In this document: piece after piece, positions 37,887-49,814 of the stretch
Position numbering within the stretch: the stretch's first letter is position 1
How the letters are laid out: every line of letters begins with the position of its first letter
NCBI GenBank assembly: GCA_964247055.1
Contig: OZ176051.1
Coordinates: 3,224,001-3,288,000 of the forward strand
DNA: 64,000 nt
DNA from: Paragordius varius
Taxonomy: Eukaryota; Animalia; Nematomorpha
Direction: 5' to 3'
Position numbers and translations under genes: made by a program
Notes under the pieces: generated by a model
Seen by the model: only the letters and a program-made list of their open reading frames with translations
Database searches by the model: none
Told to the model about the DNA's origin: nothing

Positions 37887-40800
37887 ACCATACATACCCA
37901 GCCAGCTTTAGTTTTTAAATTTATTAACCCATCATAAATGTGTATTTTTTACTCTGCGATTATATACATGCCGAATTTGGATCTTATATAAATTATAAAA
38001 AAAATTTTTTAAATCAATTTAATATTTTTACAATATCAAAACTGGAAGGATTGAGATTTATAAAACATTATTGTAATATTTGGAAACATTTGATATTTTA
38101 ATAAAAAAATTAATATATACAGTAAACAGGCATATTGTTTTTTAGGTTAATAGGGAAAAAATTAAATGTGAGCAAATGTGATTTTTTTCGTTTCTTTCAG
38201 CAAATTATAATAAAACATACTATGCGCTGACCAATGAGTTATAAATTTCAAAATAATTAAACTTAAAGTAAATAATACGAACACATAAAAAATTTGTTGA
38301 CATTGATATAAAATAATAATCCATTTACCAAACAAAAATCACAAGTCTTTCTTTTTTCCGGATCAAACGAATCATGTTGATAGATTTTCGCCGCAAACCT
38401 AATAAAAAATAATTAACAAAATAATTAATTACGTAATTTGTTTAAAAAAATAAATTCAAGTAACGAATAAAAAACACATTAATAGTAAATAACATAAAAT
38501 GCTGTGCAGAAAATCAAATAAAACGGTTAATATAAAAATATGCGTTATCGTGAAACATTGATCACATACACACTATGCATTTTATTGTATGTATAGTAAT
38601 TTATTTACCAATTAAATAGAAATGGTTTATCAAATGCATATACTGCTTACAAAATTATTTCGTACTGCACATATGAAATAGGATTGACGTGAGAATTAAT
38701 TTTGAGAATATTATCCCAATTTATATACATTTGAAATATTGTTGTTACGTATTTAGACGCGGAATTTTGTGGATTTTTATCTTTAATTTATTAAATAGTA
38801 AAATAGGTTTAAGATTATTTATGTTAATTATTCCTAATTCAATTTAATAATTATTTTTCAACATAATAAATTCCTGTATTATTCGGTATTTTTATTATTT
38901 CATATAATTGTTATTACTAATTAAAAAACACAGCTAAATATATATAGGATTGTGTATATTGTAGATTTTAAATTCCTTAGATTTTGCATTGTTAATTAAT
39001 TACAATTTTTAAATAATAATAAATACATAAAAATATTTGGGTTAAGAAAATTTATGTAGATTTTAGATTCTTTTGTTTTTTATGTTTTACATTGTTAATT
39101 ACCAATAATTTTTAAGTGTTTCGGACATTTTAACAAATACAGGTAAAAATTGCGGTATTTAATAAATTTACTCAAATTTTAATTTATTTTTGTTTTTTAT
39201 TTAATATTATTAATTGTAATTTATTACTACATATTTTGGACTATTAATAAATACGATTTAAAATTGCGCGGTTTTTAATAAATTTAATAAAAATTTTAAT
39301 TTTTGTTAAACCTTGCTAATTGTTATTAATTACTATATATTTTTGATACATTGATATATACAGTCAAAAATTACTATGGTATGCGGTTTTTTAAATTTGT
39401 AGGAAAATTATTTTTTTTGTTTTACACTGATAACTAAATTATTAAAAATAGTTAACTTTTCTATGCATACAGGTAAAAAAGCATGTTGCGGTATTTTATG
39501 TCTGACATTTTATTTATCAAAATCCAACTATGTATATATTAACAACCACCTTGTCACCAATATGAAAATTTTAAAATAAGATCAAGATATATTTATTTAA
39601 ATTATATTTGCGCATATAAATGTATAATTATACAAAAATATTCATAATATAATGTTTGAATTTTTTTATGTTGCTCTATTATGAGTGAAATTAACATTAT
39701 TGTTTGACGATTCTAATATTAATATACGATGCTGTGTGCGTTCTTGGTGATCATAACTTTGAATAAGGAAATATCATAGAATGCCAAAAAAATAAAAATT
39801 ACAATCACCATCATTTTCTGGGATGATTTATTAGCTAAAATAAAAATAAATAGAAACGTATTTAATAAAAGTATTGAAAAGTTATGCCTATTTATAGAAG
39901 TATTTTCATCATAATATTGGGAGCTAAAACATCCAAAGTTTGAAAGGGCACTAAATAAGATTAACCTCCACTTTTATCATTTCTACTAAAGTTGCAAAAA
40001 AAATTTTATGGTTAGAAAGATATGGAGATTGAACATTTAAATATTATTTTTGAATTTTTTCATACTAGCCCCCAATATTATAAAAATACTTCTATAAGCC
40101 AGGTAAACCTTTTCAATACTTTAATTAAATACGTTTCTATTTATTTTTATTTTAGCTAATAAATCATCCCAGAAAATGATGGTGATTGTAATTTTTAGGA
40201 TTATCTTCATTTCCTAGCGATTTTTTTGGCATTCTATGATATTTGCTTATTCAATGTTATGATCACCAAGAACGCACACAGCATCGTATATTAATATTAG
40301 AATCATCAAATCTGCTATTTAATAACAATAATGTTAATTTCTCATAATAGAGCAACATAAAAAAATTTAAAACATATATTATGAATATTTTTGTATAATT
40401 ATACACTTATATACGCAAATATAATTTAAATAAATATATCTTGATCTTATTTTAAAATTTTCATATTGGTGACAAGGTGGTTGTTAAAATATACATAGTT
40501 GATTTTGATAAATAAAATGTCAAACCTAAAATACCGCAACATGCTTTTTTACCTGTATGCATAGAAAAGTTAACTATTTTTAATAATTTAGTTATCAGTG
40601 TAAAACAAAAAAATAATTTTTCTAAAAATATAAAAAACCGCAAACCATAGTAATTTTTGCTATATCAATGTATCAAAAATATATAGTTATTAGTAACAAT
40701 TAGCAAGGTTTTAAAAAAAATAAAAATTTTATTAAATTCATTAAAAACCACAATTTTAACCCGTATTTATTAAAAGTCCAAAATATGTAGTAATTAATTA

Positions 40801-43800
40801 CAATTAATAATTATAAATAAAAAACAAAAATAAAATTTGACTAAAATTATTAAAAACCGCAATTTTCACCTTTATATAATAAAATGTCGGAAATACTTAA
40901 AAATTATTGATAATTAACAATGCAAAACATAAAAAACAAAAGAATCTAAAATCTATATAAATTTTCTTAATCCAAATATTTTTATGTATTTATTATTATT
41001 TAAAAATTTAATTAATTAACAATGCAAAACCTAAAAAATTTAAAATATACAATATACACAAACCTATATATATTTAGCTATGTTTTTTGAATTAGTAATA
41101 ACAACTATCTAAATTAATAAAAATACCAATTTTGCATAATACATGAACTTAGGAATAATTAACATAAATAATCTTAAACCTGTTTTACTATTAAATAAAT
41201 TAAAGATAAAAATCCATAAAATTCCGCGTCTAAATACGTAACAACAATATTTCAAATGTACATAATTGCGATAATATTCTCAAAATTAACATAACAAAAT
41301 ATCCATAAAACTAGGCCTATGTTAATCCTCACGTCAATACTATTTCATATGGGCAGTACGAAATAATTTTGTGAAGCAATATTCATTTGATAAACCATTT
41401 CTTTTATTTAACTGGCAATAAAATTACTTAACATACAATAAAATGCATACTATATTACCGTAAACAAATTTTTTAACGATGTAAATAGCATATAAGATGC
41501 ATAAAAGTTGTATATTGTAAAAATACTTTACAGTAATTCATTAAAAATTTAATTTATTTAGAATGTTTTTAATTATTTGAGAGGACTTTACCTTGGAATA
41601 ATTAAACTTGTGTGAAATAATAAATCATCGTTGTAAAAAGCATGACATTTTTTTGATTTTAAAAATTAATTATTTATAGCAATCAAAATTTTTGTCAATA
41701 TAGCCATACTGCTGATTACCTTTGATGAAGTAACAAAAGCTATGCAAAAGCATAATACTTTAAAGCCGCCTAAATGATATATAAGCCATGATGTGACTAT
41801 GATATACCATTTCCCAGTCAAAAAAAAACGTTTTCCCAGTCAATCGAAACATTTTCCTAGTCAATCGAAACGTTTTCCAGTCAATAAAAACCAATTAATA
41901 AAAACGTTTTTCTAGTCAATAAAAACGGCTTCATTTTTGATGATCAATATTAAAACAACATATAAAAATTATATTCGTTAAAAGTTATATTTTATTAACT
42001 AAATGAGTATGTTATGGTTTTTGAAATATTTTTAACGGGGCCCTATAAAATCTATAGTTGATGAAATAAAAAAATATAAAAAAATTTCAGCTCATGTTGG
42101 TCATTTAACACTTTAATTGGTTTTTTAACATTTAAAACTTGGGTACTTAACTATAAGGTATATTTAATTTTTAATTAAATATCTGTTTTTGTTTAATATT
42201 ATTTCGTTCAAAATCAACATTTTTCATATAAAAATTCCAATATATTTTTATCGACTATATGAAAAAACAATTCGAAGATTTAATGACCAACCTGTATTTT
42301 TAAATGTTATTATCCGAACTAGAAATATTTTTAGGTTAGCTCCGAATATTAATGCCAATCATCGATCCAATTGTTAAAATATAAAAAATTTGCAAAATCT
42401 TAAAAATATTTTGTAAAGTATTTACAAAACCATAAAATACTTATCCAGTTACTAAAAAACTTTTTAAGTCATTAATGATTATGTATTGGCATGAAAATTG
42501 TAAAAATTGGATTTTATAAAAATTAATATTCTTATTAGTGTGCTTTTAATGATTAAAAGTTATTTTTATATTATACATCAAAAAATGCAACCGTTTTTAT
42601 AGATTAAGAAAAATGTTTCGATTGACTGAGAAAACGTTTTTTGACTGGGAAAGGGTATATTTATTTGGCAGAAAAATAAAAGTAAAAAAAATAGGCTGTA
42701 ATTCATAATATTTTTAAATTCTAAAAATGGATTATAGTTCCAAAATTACAGTCAAAAATTGCTGTATTAAAATACAATGATGTTCCCACTAATATAAAAA
42801 TAAGATAAAAGTGCTAAAATTGTTATCGATAACAAAATCTTCGAATTGCTAAAACAATTTTTATAATTAATAACAGTAGTTTAAAAAACAAAATATTTTA
42901 TGATAAGGATAAGCAACAACTTTTTCAAAAACCCTAACAAAAAACATTTAAACAACAGCACATATTTTTGCGGGTCATATTATATGGCGGTACAGTCTTT
43001 AAGGAATTTCTCCAATTTAATCCAGAATATTTATAGGCAAAAAATTTAACTCGGCGCTTTTCCATATAAGTCTATGGGTAGGGGTCTACCGGTTTAAAAT
43101 TGAAACGCCATACAAAAATGGCGTGGTTTTGGAGCTAATTTTCTAAAAACTTAAACTATTCAAGTTTAAAAGGTTTAATATCCATAAAAAGGTAAAAATT
43201 AAAGTATAGTGGTTTTTCCCGTTAGCCATCTTGGGGCCTTCACAGTAAACAAGATATCAGTATGAATGCACAGTTTTGAAAATTCTATGAAGCACCGTTT
43301 TGTAAGATCATAACTACTAAATAATGTTCCGAAATAATCGACATATATGGATCACAATTTTAATCCCTTTTTTCAAATAGCGGCTTCGCAGGCTCCAACT
43401 TACACTATCATGTTTACCACGGTAAAATAATTTAATACAGAAGAATTTGTTTAGCGGACATTGACTCCATGAGTATAACTTGTTTTTATTGTAATCTAAA
43501 AGCAAAAAAATGAATTTGTGTTGTGCATCAGGTAAGGTGAATTTACCACCATTTCAGAGTTTACCACGACAAATAATCTTGTAGCCGGTATTAGTCCTGA
43601 TTCTAAACATTTTTTGCAAAATATTAAAGGGCATAATTACTGCTTTCAAATATCATCGTTTGGAGCTGATAGTGCACCAACTAATGAACTAACCTTTAAA
43701 GTGAAAGGTCAATCTATCATAAGGCAGCTCTTTGCTCCCAGCACAAGGGAGTCATTACAAAATTTTACAAATATATTTTTTTGGTGATGTTACCGTTGAA

Positions 43801-46800
43801 CTTGGTATCCGTTGCAATAATTTTAATCTTCAGAGACCAATTTTATTAGAATTACAGGAACCATCAGCATAATCAGGGTAAAATCGTTTAAAACAGCAAT
43901 AGATATAATGCCGTCTAATACGCATAAAATTGTTATTCATGCCGATTAAGTGCCTCATGGCGAGCATGAACGTAGATTTAATGCTCCTACAATGGATGAG
44001 GTGGCGATTGTTATGGATGGAGATCAATTTTATTTATGAGATATTGTTCCTCATAAACAATAATATGAAAAAATGGTCAGAGACTCATAGATGTTACGAT
44101 CCGTTACAATATCCACTAATATTCTGGGATGGCACAGATGGTTATAATTATAATGTTAAGATGATTAATTCTATCATCAAACGAGAACTAATAAAAAAAT
44201 GTAGCGCAGTGAAATAGTATTCGTATCATGATAAGGGACGGTCAGGATAATCATATTTTAAGAGGCCGACAATTATTACCTTGTTGAGATGTATGCAAAA
44301 ATAGAAACAGAGCGTAAGTTATATCTTAGGAATCAGGCTAAACTTCGTTAAGAATATATACACCTACGAGTTTTAATTAATGAATGTAATATTAACGATT
44401 TGGGATTTACAATATTACCTACCATCCTCTTAAATAGATAATCCTCGCCATATATGAATATGCCCAGGATGCTTTCGCGTAAGTGGCACGCGCCCAGATT
44501 TATTTGTTACATTTACATGCAATCCTCTTTGGGATTCTATAAAAGTTCTCCTAGTTCCTGGACAGGCGCCAAAAGATAGCCACGACACAACTCGAGTGTT
44601 TAAGCAGATGCTTAGATCTTTGAATGATTTTATAGTTAAATTAGAGGTGTTTGGTGCAGTGCAAATTTGGATATACTCAGTCGAGTGGCAAAAAAGGGAC
44701 TACCACATGATATATTGATTTGGCTTTATTCGAAAATAAAGTGAGGTGAAATAGATTCTGTTATATCCGCTGAAATACCTGATCCTACGATTGATAAATA
44801 TTTAAATGAGGCTGTTATGAAATATACTACGATACATGGACCCTGTAATGATTTAAACCCTACGTGCCCATGTATGAAAGATGGAAGTTGCTCCAAGCGA
44901 TAGCCCAGGTCTTCATTAACAAATACGATTACAGATAACAATGGATATCCAATATACAGAAAAAGAGCTCCAAAAGATGGTGGCAAAACAGCTTTAATGC
45001 ATCTTAGGAATGGTGACGTAGAAATAGATAATCGGTGGGTGATTCCCTCCCCTTTACTGTTAAAAACCTATAAAGCTCACATAAACGTAGAATATTGCAA
45101 TTCTGTGAAATCAAAGACATATGCTAGTTTATAAATAAGGGCAGCGATATGGCTGTTTTTCGCCTCCAATCCGATATTGGAAGTGAAAATATTAAAGATG
45201 AAATAACACAGTATCAGTCAGGAAGATCTATAAGCAGCAGTGAAGCTGTTTGGCGAATTTTTTCGTTTCCTATACATGAACGTAGCCTTACAGTTGTTCA
45301 TTTAGCAATACATTTAAAAAATGGGCAACGTTTCTATTTTACACCTTCTAATGCCATAGAGGTAGCTAGAAATCCACCAGATACTGCATTAACTGCCTAT
45401 GCCAAAAGGACGCCTCGAAAACATTGCTCTATTCCGAAATACCATCCTATTACATAAGGAACGCTAAAAAAAATTCGAACGGCGCAAGCGAGAGATTCCA
45501 GCTAGTTGCTATTCTTGTATATACAAAGGTGCGGCATGTAGATTAAACACGGTTCATTCAAACCAAGACGATTTTTTTCTTCGTATGTTATTGATAAATA
45601 TGAGATGATCATCTTCATTTGACTATTTAAGAACCGTAAACAGTGTTTTATATCCTACGTTTCGCGGTGCAGGCCAGGCGCTCAATTTATTGTAAAATGA
45701 TCAACATTGGGATCTATGTATCCACGATGCCTGCCAAACATCCTACCTCATCACAGTACTTTTTTGGCATTATAATAACGTTTTGTTCACCGACATCACC
45801 GGCGAAGCTATGGGAAAAACATAAAAGTCAGATGACTAAGGACATCTTGCTGGATTCCTGTTCAGGTAATAATAATAATATTAATAACGATGAGGTAGAA
45901 TGACGCTTTGACAAAAATCGAGGACATTTGTCTAGAGATATAAAACAGGCCTCTTATGCTATTAAGAATGCCATCTCCAAATCGAATGCTGTCATTTTCA
46001 TATGATTCTATAATCACAAAGTGGGAATGTAATAATTATAACACCTCGCCAAACTTCACCATGTTCGAATTCTCATGGTATAACTATACTTGTGAGGGTT
46101 TAATTATTCTGCCACCTATTTTTTTACCCAAAGATTTAACAGTTTCAAACTAGAGGAATGCACTAAAAATTGTCGGGAAAATTTTTTGGATTTAACATAA
46201 AAAAAGTGTAAGAATAAACCTTTGATTTTGAAGTTTTATACCTATAATTTATTTGAAACGATAATTTAATTTTTAGTTTTGACAAAATTGCATAAGAATA
46301 TAAAACATTTTTATGTTTATTATAAAATAAAATATTGATCAGTTTAAAAGAATAAACGGATAATTTTAAATTTATCTACAACCTGTTAACAGCATTTGTT
46401 ATGGAAGGAAAATCTCTGGATAAGTCTTGAAAAAAATCTTGCGTTATACATTCAACATCCGTATTTACCTAAAGTAAAAACAAAATTGATAAGAAATATT
46501 TTAATCGCTTTACTATAATTTTGATAAATACGACAAGAGTATATGCGTTTTGAATAAAATAGCAAAGCAATTGTATATTAAAAATAAATATCATAACTGG
46601 TACCACTTAATTTGGAATAAAATGACATATTTTTTAGGTGTCCAAGTTTTTAATACTCAAATATATTTAAATAAACGAACTAAAAACCCAGATATTTTTA
46701 ACATAATAGACTATAATTTATACATATATATAATGTTAGCATATCATTCAAATAAGTTTTTAAAAGGATTTGTCGATTAAATTAAGAAGCTTTTACATGC

Positions 46801-48072
46801 GACAACTTTTGAGTGACGTCAAAAAACTCTGTCTAATGGTTTTGGTATTTTTTCCATATTCTAAATTATATTATTAATAGGATCCTCCTTTGTTCTAGAG
46901 ATGAGCAGTGAGTTTATACTAATTAGTTTATACCTATCTGTATTTTATATAAAATTTGTTAGGTTTTGTTTTAAATTTGAATACTTCAAAACTTTCACAA
47001 GACATCATTAACAATAAGGAAAATATTTAAAATATTGTTGATATTATTAATTAAATTATTAAGAAAAATTGTTATTATATATGAAAATCACTACAGCCCT
47101 TATAATTGGAATTTTTAAGGATATAAATTATAAAACTTTCTGTTTTTCCAACATGTAAAGTTGAATCATTGACTAAAAAATTTAATCGGATTCGTTAAAA
47201 CATCGTACACTATTCATATAATTATATATTTATACTTACCAAATCTTTTGAAATGTATGGGTTTACTATGGTGGATGTATCAATTCCATTGATATACAAA
47301 TAATAAACTACCTCTTTAAGTGAAAGATCTTTAAGCGGTTTACAAAATTTAATATGATTTTTAACACATATATTAGCCTAAATTTAATTATAGGTCTACT
47401 GCTTCAAAAGCCATTTGTTTTCCCGATCCCAAAATAGTGTTGGCCAAAGTTTTGTGTGCAATTGTGTTACAAATATCGGAACATAATACAGCTAAAATTT
47501 GTAACTGCATACAAGCTTTTATAATTGCATTTTGACTAATATATATAAATTTATATACCAAATAACGTCTGATAAATTTGATGTGAATGGATATTTAAAA
47601 TCAGATAAATATTTAAAAAATAATTTGCAGGTTTCTTCATGCCTAGTCATATATACGGAATCCATATATTGTCTAAAACTATCATGATCATGCACATAAA
47701 ACTCGCCTGCTATAATCTAAAATCATAAATATTTTACGGCAGGATAATATATAATAAATTGATCATCACACTTTTCCTTAAAAGAGCTTGCATTTGTGGC
47801 AATATAAACATAGGTGGGAATGATTTGTAGAGAGTTTCTTTTTATACATGATTGAGTGATATAATGTAAAAATCGAGAAGATATATCGTCAGAGATAACA
47901 CATAATAATCTAGAATTTTTAGGAACATTGTGTTTTCCAAAAAATAATTTATATTTATGCTCTATATAAGCAGAAAAACATTTTTGACCTAAAAAGTTAT
48001 TCGTAACTTACAAAATGGGTCTTTTTGTCTTCCGTTGATCCAGGCTAGTTTTGAACATTTTCGACATAACAT
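37323..48072 (-). CDS. CTU2: Cytoplasmic tRNA 2-thiolation protein 2 (CTU2/NCS2)-like, 8 exons, 350 aa
   Basis: Exons 48072-48012, 47988-47738, 47716-47559, 47535-47400, 47377-47240, 46468-46383, 38398-38329 and 37475-37323 sum to 1053 nt (351 codons), with all phases compatible. Motifs occur in CTU2 order: CxxC...DPFCQKCF..Y.EHK, SDICNTIAHKTLANTILGSG, KPLKDLSLKEV, FFQDLSRDFPS, CDFCL, VCFKC. Confidence 0.87.
37834..37876. repeat. (TA)n microsatellite
   Basis: Direct inspection. Confidence 0.95.
38329..38398 (-). CDS. CTU2: CTU2 exon 7 (R-FAAKIYQHDSFDPEKRKTCDFCL)
   Basis: Phase-2 start fits exon 6; CxxC as in CTU2 CLLC; donor gtaaat. Confidence 0.75.
38570..41452. mobile_element. Roughly 2.9-kb foldback element (arms about 38570-39926 and 40066-41452) in CTU2 intron 6
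   Basis: The arms are imperfect reverse complements up to a spacer of about 140 bp; internal ...TACAGGTAAAAATTGCGG... subrepeats are shared with 50866-53037. Confidence 0.85.
41802..42660. mobile_element. Non-autonomous TIR element with subterminal 21-bp tandem repeats
   Basis: ATATACCATTTCCCAGTCAAAAAA / TTTTTGACTGGGAAAGGGTATAT; repeats of CCCAGTCAATCGAAACGTTTT. Confidence 0.7.
43440..46030 (+). pseudogene. Helitron RepHel pseudogene (Rep portion; helicase not seen), antisense in CTU2 intron 6
   Basis: CC.SGKV, HERRFNAP, YDPLQYPL, FVTFTCNP, VEWQKRGLPH, HGPC, GYPIYRKR, DNRWV, HINVEYC, KGSDMA, EAVWRIFSFPIHER; many stops and frameshifts. Confidence 0.92.
46383..46468 (-). CDS. CTU2: CTU2 exon 6 (VNTDVECITQDFFQDLSRDFPSITNAVN)
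   Basis: Polypyrimidine acceptor tttactttag; matches CTU2 EAFILRLQTQFPSTVSTVYR. Confidence 0.82.
47240..47377 (-). CDS. CTU2: CTU2 exon 5 (ANICVKNHIKFCKPLKDLSLKEVVYY...SKDL)
   Basis: Matches CTU2 RPMRDHTLKEVAFY; donor gtaagt. Confidence 0.9.
47378..47399 (-). other. 22-nt micro-intron (CTU2 intron 4)
   Basis: gtagacctataattaaatttag. Confidence 0.85.
47400..47535 (-). CDS. CTU2: CTU2 exon 4 (QNAIIKACMQLQILAVLCSDICNTIAHKTLANTILGSGKQMAFEA)
   Basis: Matches the CTU2 core GDSCTRLAIKLMTNLALGRG. Confidence 0.9.
47536..47558 (-). other. 23-nt micro-intron (CTU2 intron 3)
   Basis: gtatataaatttatatatattag. Confidence 0.85.
47559..47716 (-). CDS. CTU2: CTU2 exon 3 (IIAGEFYVHDHDSF...NLSDVI)
   Basis: 158 nt open frame between 21- and 23-nt introns. 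Confidence 0.85.
47717..47737 (-). other. 21-nt micro-intron (CTU2 intron 2)
   Basis: gtaaaatatttatgattttag; contains in-frame TGA and TAG. Confidence 0.82.
47738..47988 (-). CDS. CTU2: CTU2 exon 2 (CQKCFSAYIEHKYK...LLCVISDDISS...YYPA)
   Basis: 251 nt open frame bounded by AG/GT. Confidence 0.88.
47989..48011 (-). other. 23-nt micro-intron (CTU2 intron 1)
   Basis: gtaagttacgaataactttttag. Confidence 0.87.
48012..48072 (-). CDS. CTU2: CTU2 exon 1 (MLCRKCSKLAWINGRQKDPF)
   Basis: ATG at 48072, CxxC, donor gtaagt. Confidence 0.85.
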
Positions 48073-49059
48073 TCATTAACAATTATGATAGTGTGGATAA
48101 GTAACAATTTATTACTTTTTAAAATTCTATATGGATAATAATTTTGGTTCGGCTGTTTTTTTATCCCAGCGGATTCCCCAATTTAAATTCGGGTATCTAG
48201 TGAACCCAAAGAAACGGTTCCAGATTAAATTTATGCTACTAATAAAAATAGTATAAAAAAACCAAAATATATAAATAAAAAGTTTCATATCAAACTACTT
48301 CGACGGAATTCTTTAGCAGTTTTTTAAAATATCCTGTATTATTTGATTATAAAGCTAAAATTAAAGCTAATTTTTTATATACCGCCTCACATTTATATAC
48401 AATGCGTTAAAGATCGGGGGTATAAAAAATAACCTGATGGAATATTTTTATTCTGATGGGAAAATGTACCATGCAGGTGATTTTGGTTCTTACGAGTCAT
48501 AGAAGAAAGCTATTTACACATTTTTGGCAAGTGCTTCTATTCAGAAAATGGCAAAATTCGAGCATTTTTTTAATAAATTTTTTGGTGAAAGATAAATGCC
48601 ACCAAAAAATTTCACGAATATATAAAATAAGCTCCCTAAAAGGCAAAACAATATTTTTTAAAAAACTTTATATTTCAGATGGATGGTCCGAAAGTCCCAA
48701 ATTTTTTCGCCCTTCTAAATAAGGGAAGTTCTTCAAAACTTGGATACAACACATTCATTTTAGTCGTTCGATTCAAATTAAGGTAGTTAATTACCCCAGG
48801 CCTGTTTAAATAATTACTAAAAAGAGAAAGAATCGAAACCATGGAAAAAGTGTGCACTTATATAATATTAATAAACCAAAATATCAAAAAAATATCAAAA
48901 ATACTTTATTACTTATTTCAGGATAAATCTATAAGTAAAAATTTAATTGACATGACATGTATCATTAGTTAAATCTAACAATGATACAAAAAAACACTTT
49001 TTCTGTTTTAATCATAGTTAGATGTGATTTTAATATATTTACCTTTAATTTTAGCGTTA

Positions 49060-49249
49060 GAATCAAATAATCTTTTTGTGCCTTATTTTATAAATTTTGG
49101 CTGAAACGGATTATAATTTGCCAAAAATTCGAATTGGGTGGCAAAAAATAGTATTAAGTGTTTTTTATCACCGATCTTCAATGGTACACTTGCTAGCTTA
49201 ATCACATTTGACTTACAAGTCAAGTGGGACTTTTTCATCACCACACCCT
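49060..49249 (-). mobile_element. Family A terminal fragment
   Basis: Matches 13000-13221 with deletions. Confidence 0.65.
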
Positions 49250-49476
49250 CAAAATTTTGCAAAAATGTTGTATAATAAAAATGGCGTCGAAGTATGGAAC
49301 TTCAGTTTCAAAACTAAATATTTAGATTCGGTTTATTATGATTTTAAATAGAAGCATAATAAATTGGGACAGTTTCTTTCAGTTTTTAAAAATATCAACT
49401 TAAATATAGTGCGGGGTACTTAGATGCCCAAATTCGAATCGAAGTGTTAAAATTAATGCAAAAAGGCCGAGGTAGG

Positions 49477-49813
49477 TGATATGATGTTATATAATATGCA
49501 ACAAAACATAACTCTATTTTATATATTACGTTGCTAATCAATGCATACTTATAATACTTTTCTGTTATTAATATTTTACGTGACATGTTATATACTACGT
49601 GACAAGTTTTAGACTACGTGACTGTTTTATAAATGCACACTCATCATTCTTAGAAATTTGTATATGTTAATGCACGATAAAAATATATAATAAGATCCGT
49701 ATACATTTCTCGGAATTAATTATAACCTATATAAACAACAACTTCTTTAAGTCCATTGCATTACTGTGTTTTCCCATTATTGTGTTATAATAAATTATAC
49801 CCAACTGATATTA
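49477..49813 (+). repeat. G1 5' LTR
   Basis: TGATATGATG...GATATTA; direct repeat of 55800-56136. Confidence 0.97.
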
Positions 49814-49814
49814 T

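Noticed and set aside
41812-41925. 21-bp repeats resembling a CRISPR array
   Set aside because: The repeats are tandem without unique spacers, are subterminal repeats of a TIR element, and lie in a eukaryotic context.
47086-47172. Alternative CTU2 exon 6 (SMIQLYMLEKQKVL*)
   Set aside because: It ends in a stop; the 46383-46468 exon matches the FPS motif and phases far better.
2421-48072. DIS3 and CTU2 as a functional RNA-processing cluster
   Set aside because: They are 30 kb apart with only TEs between; two housekeeping genes give no evidence of co-regulation.
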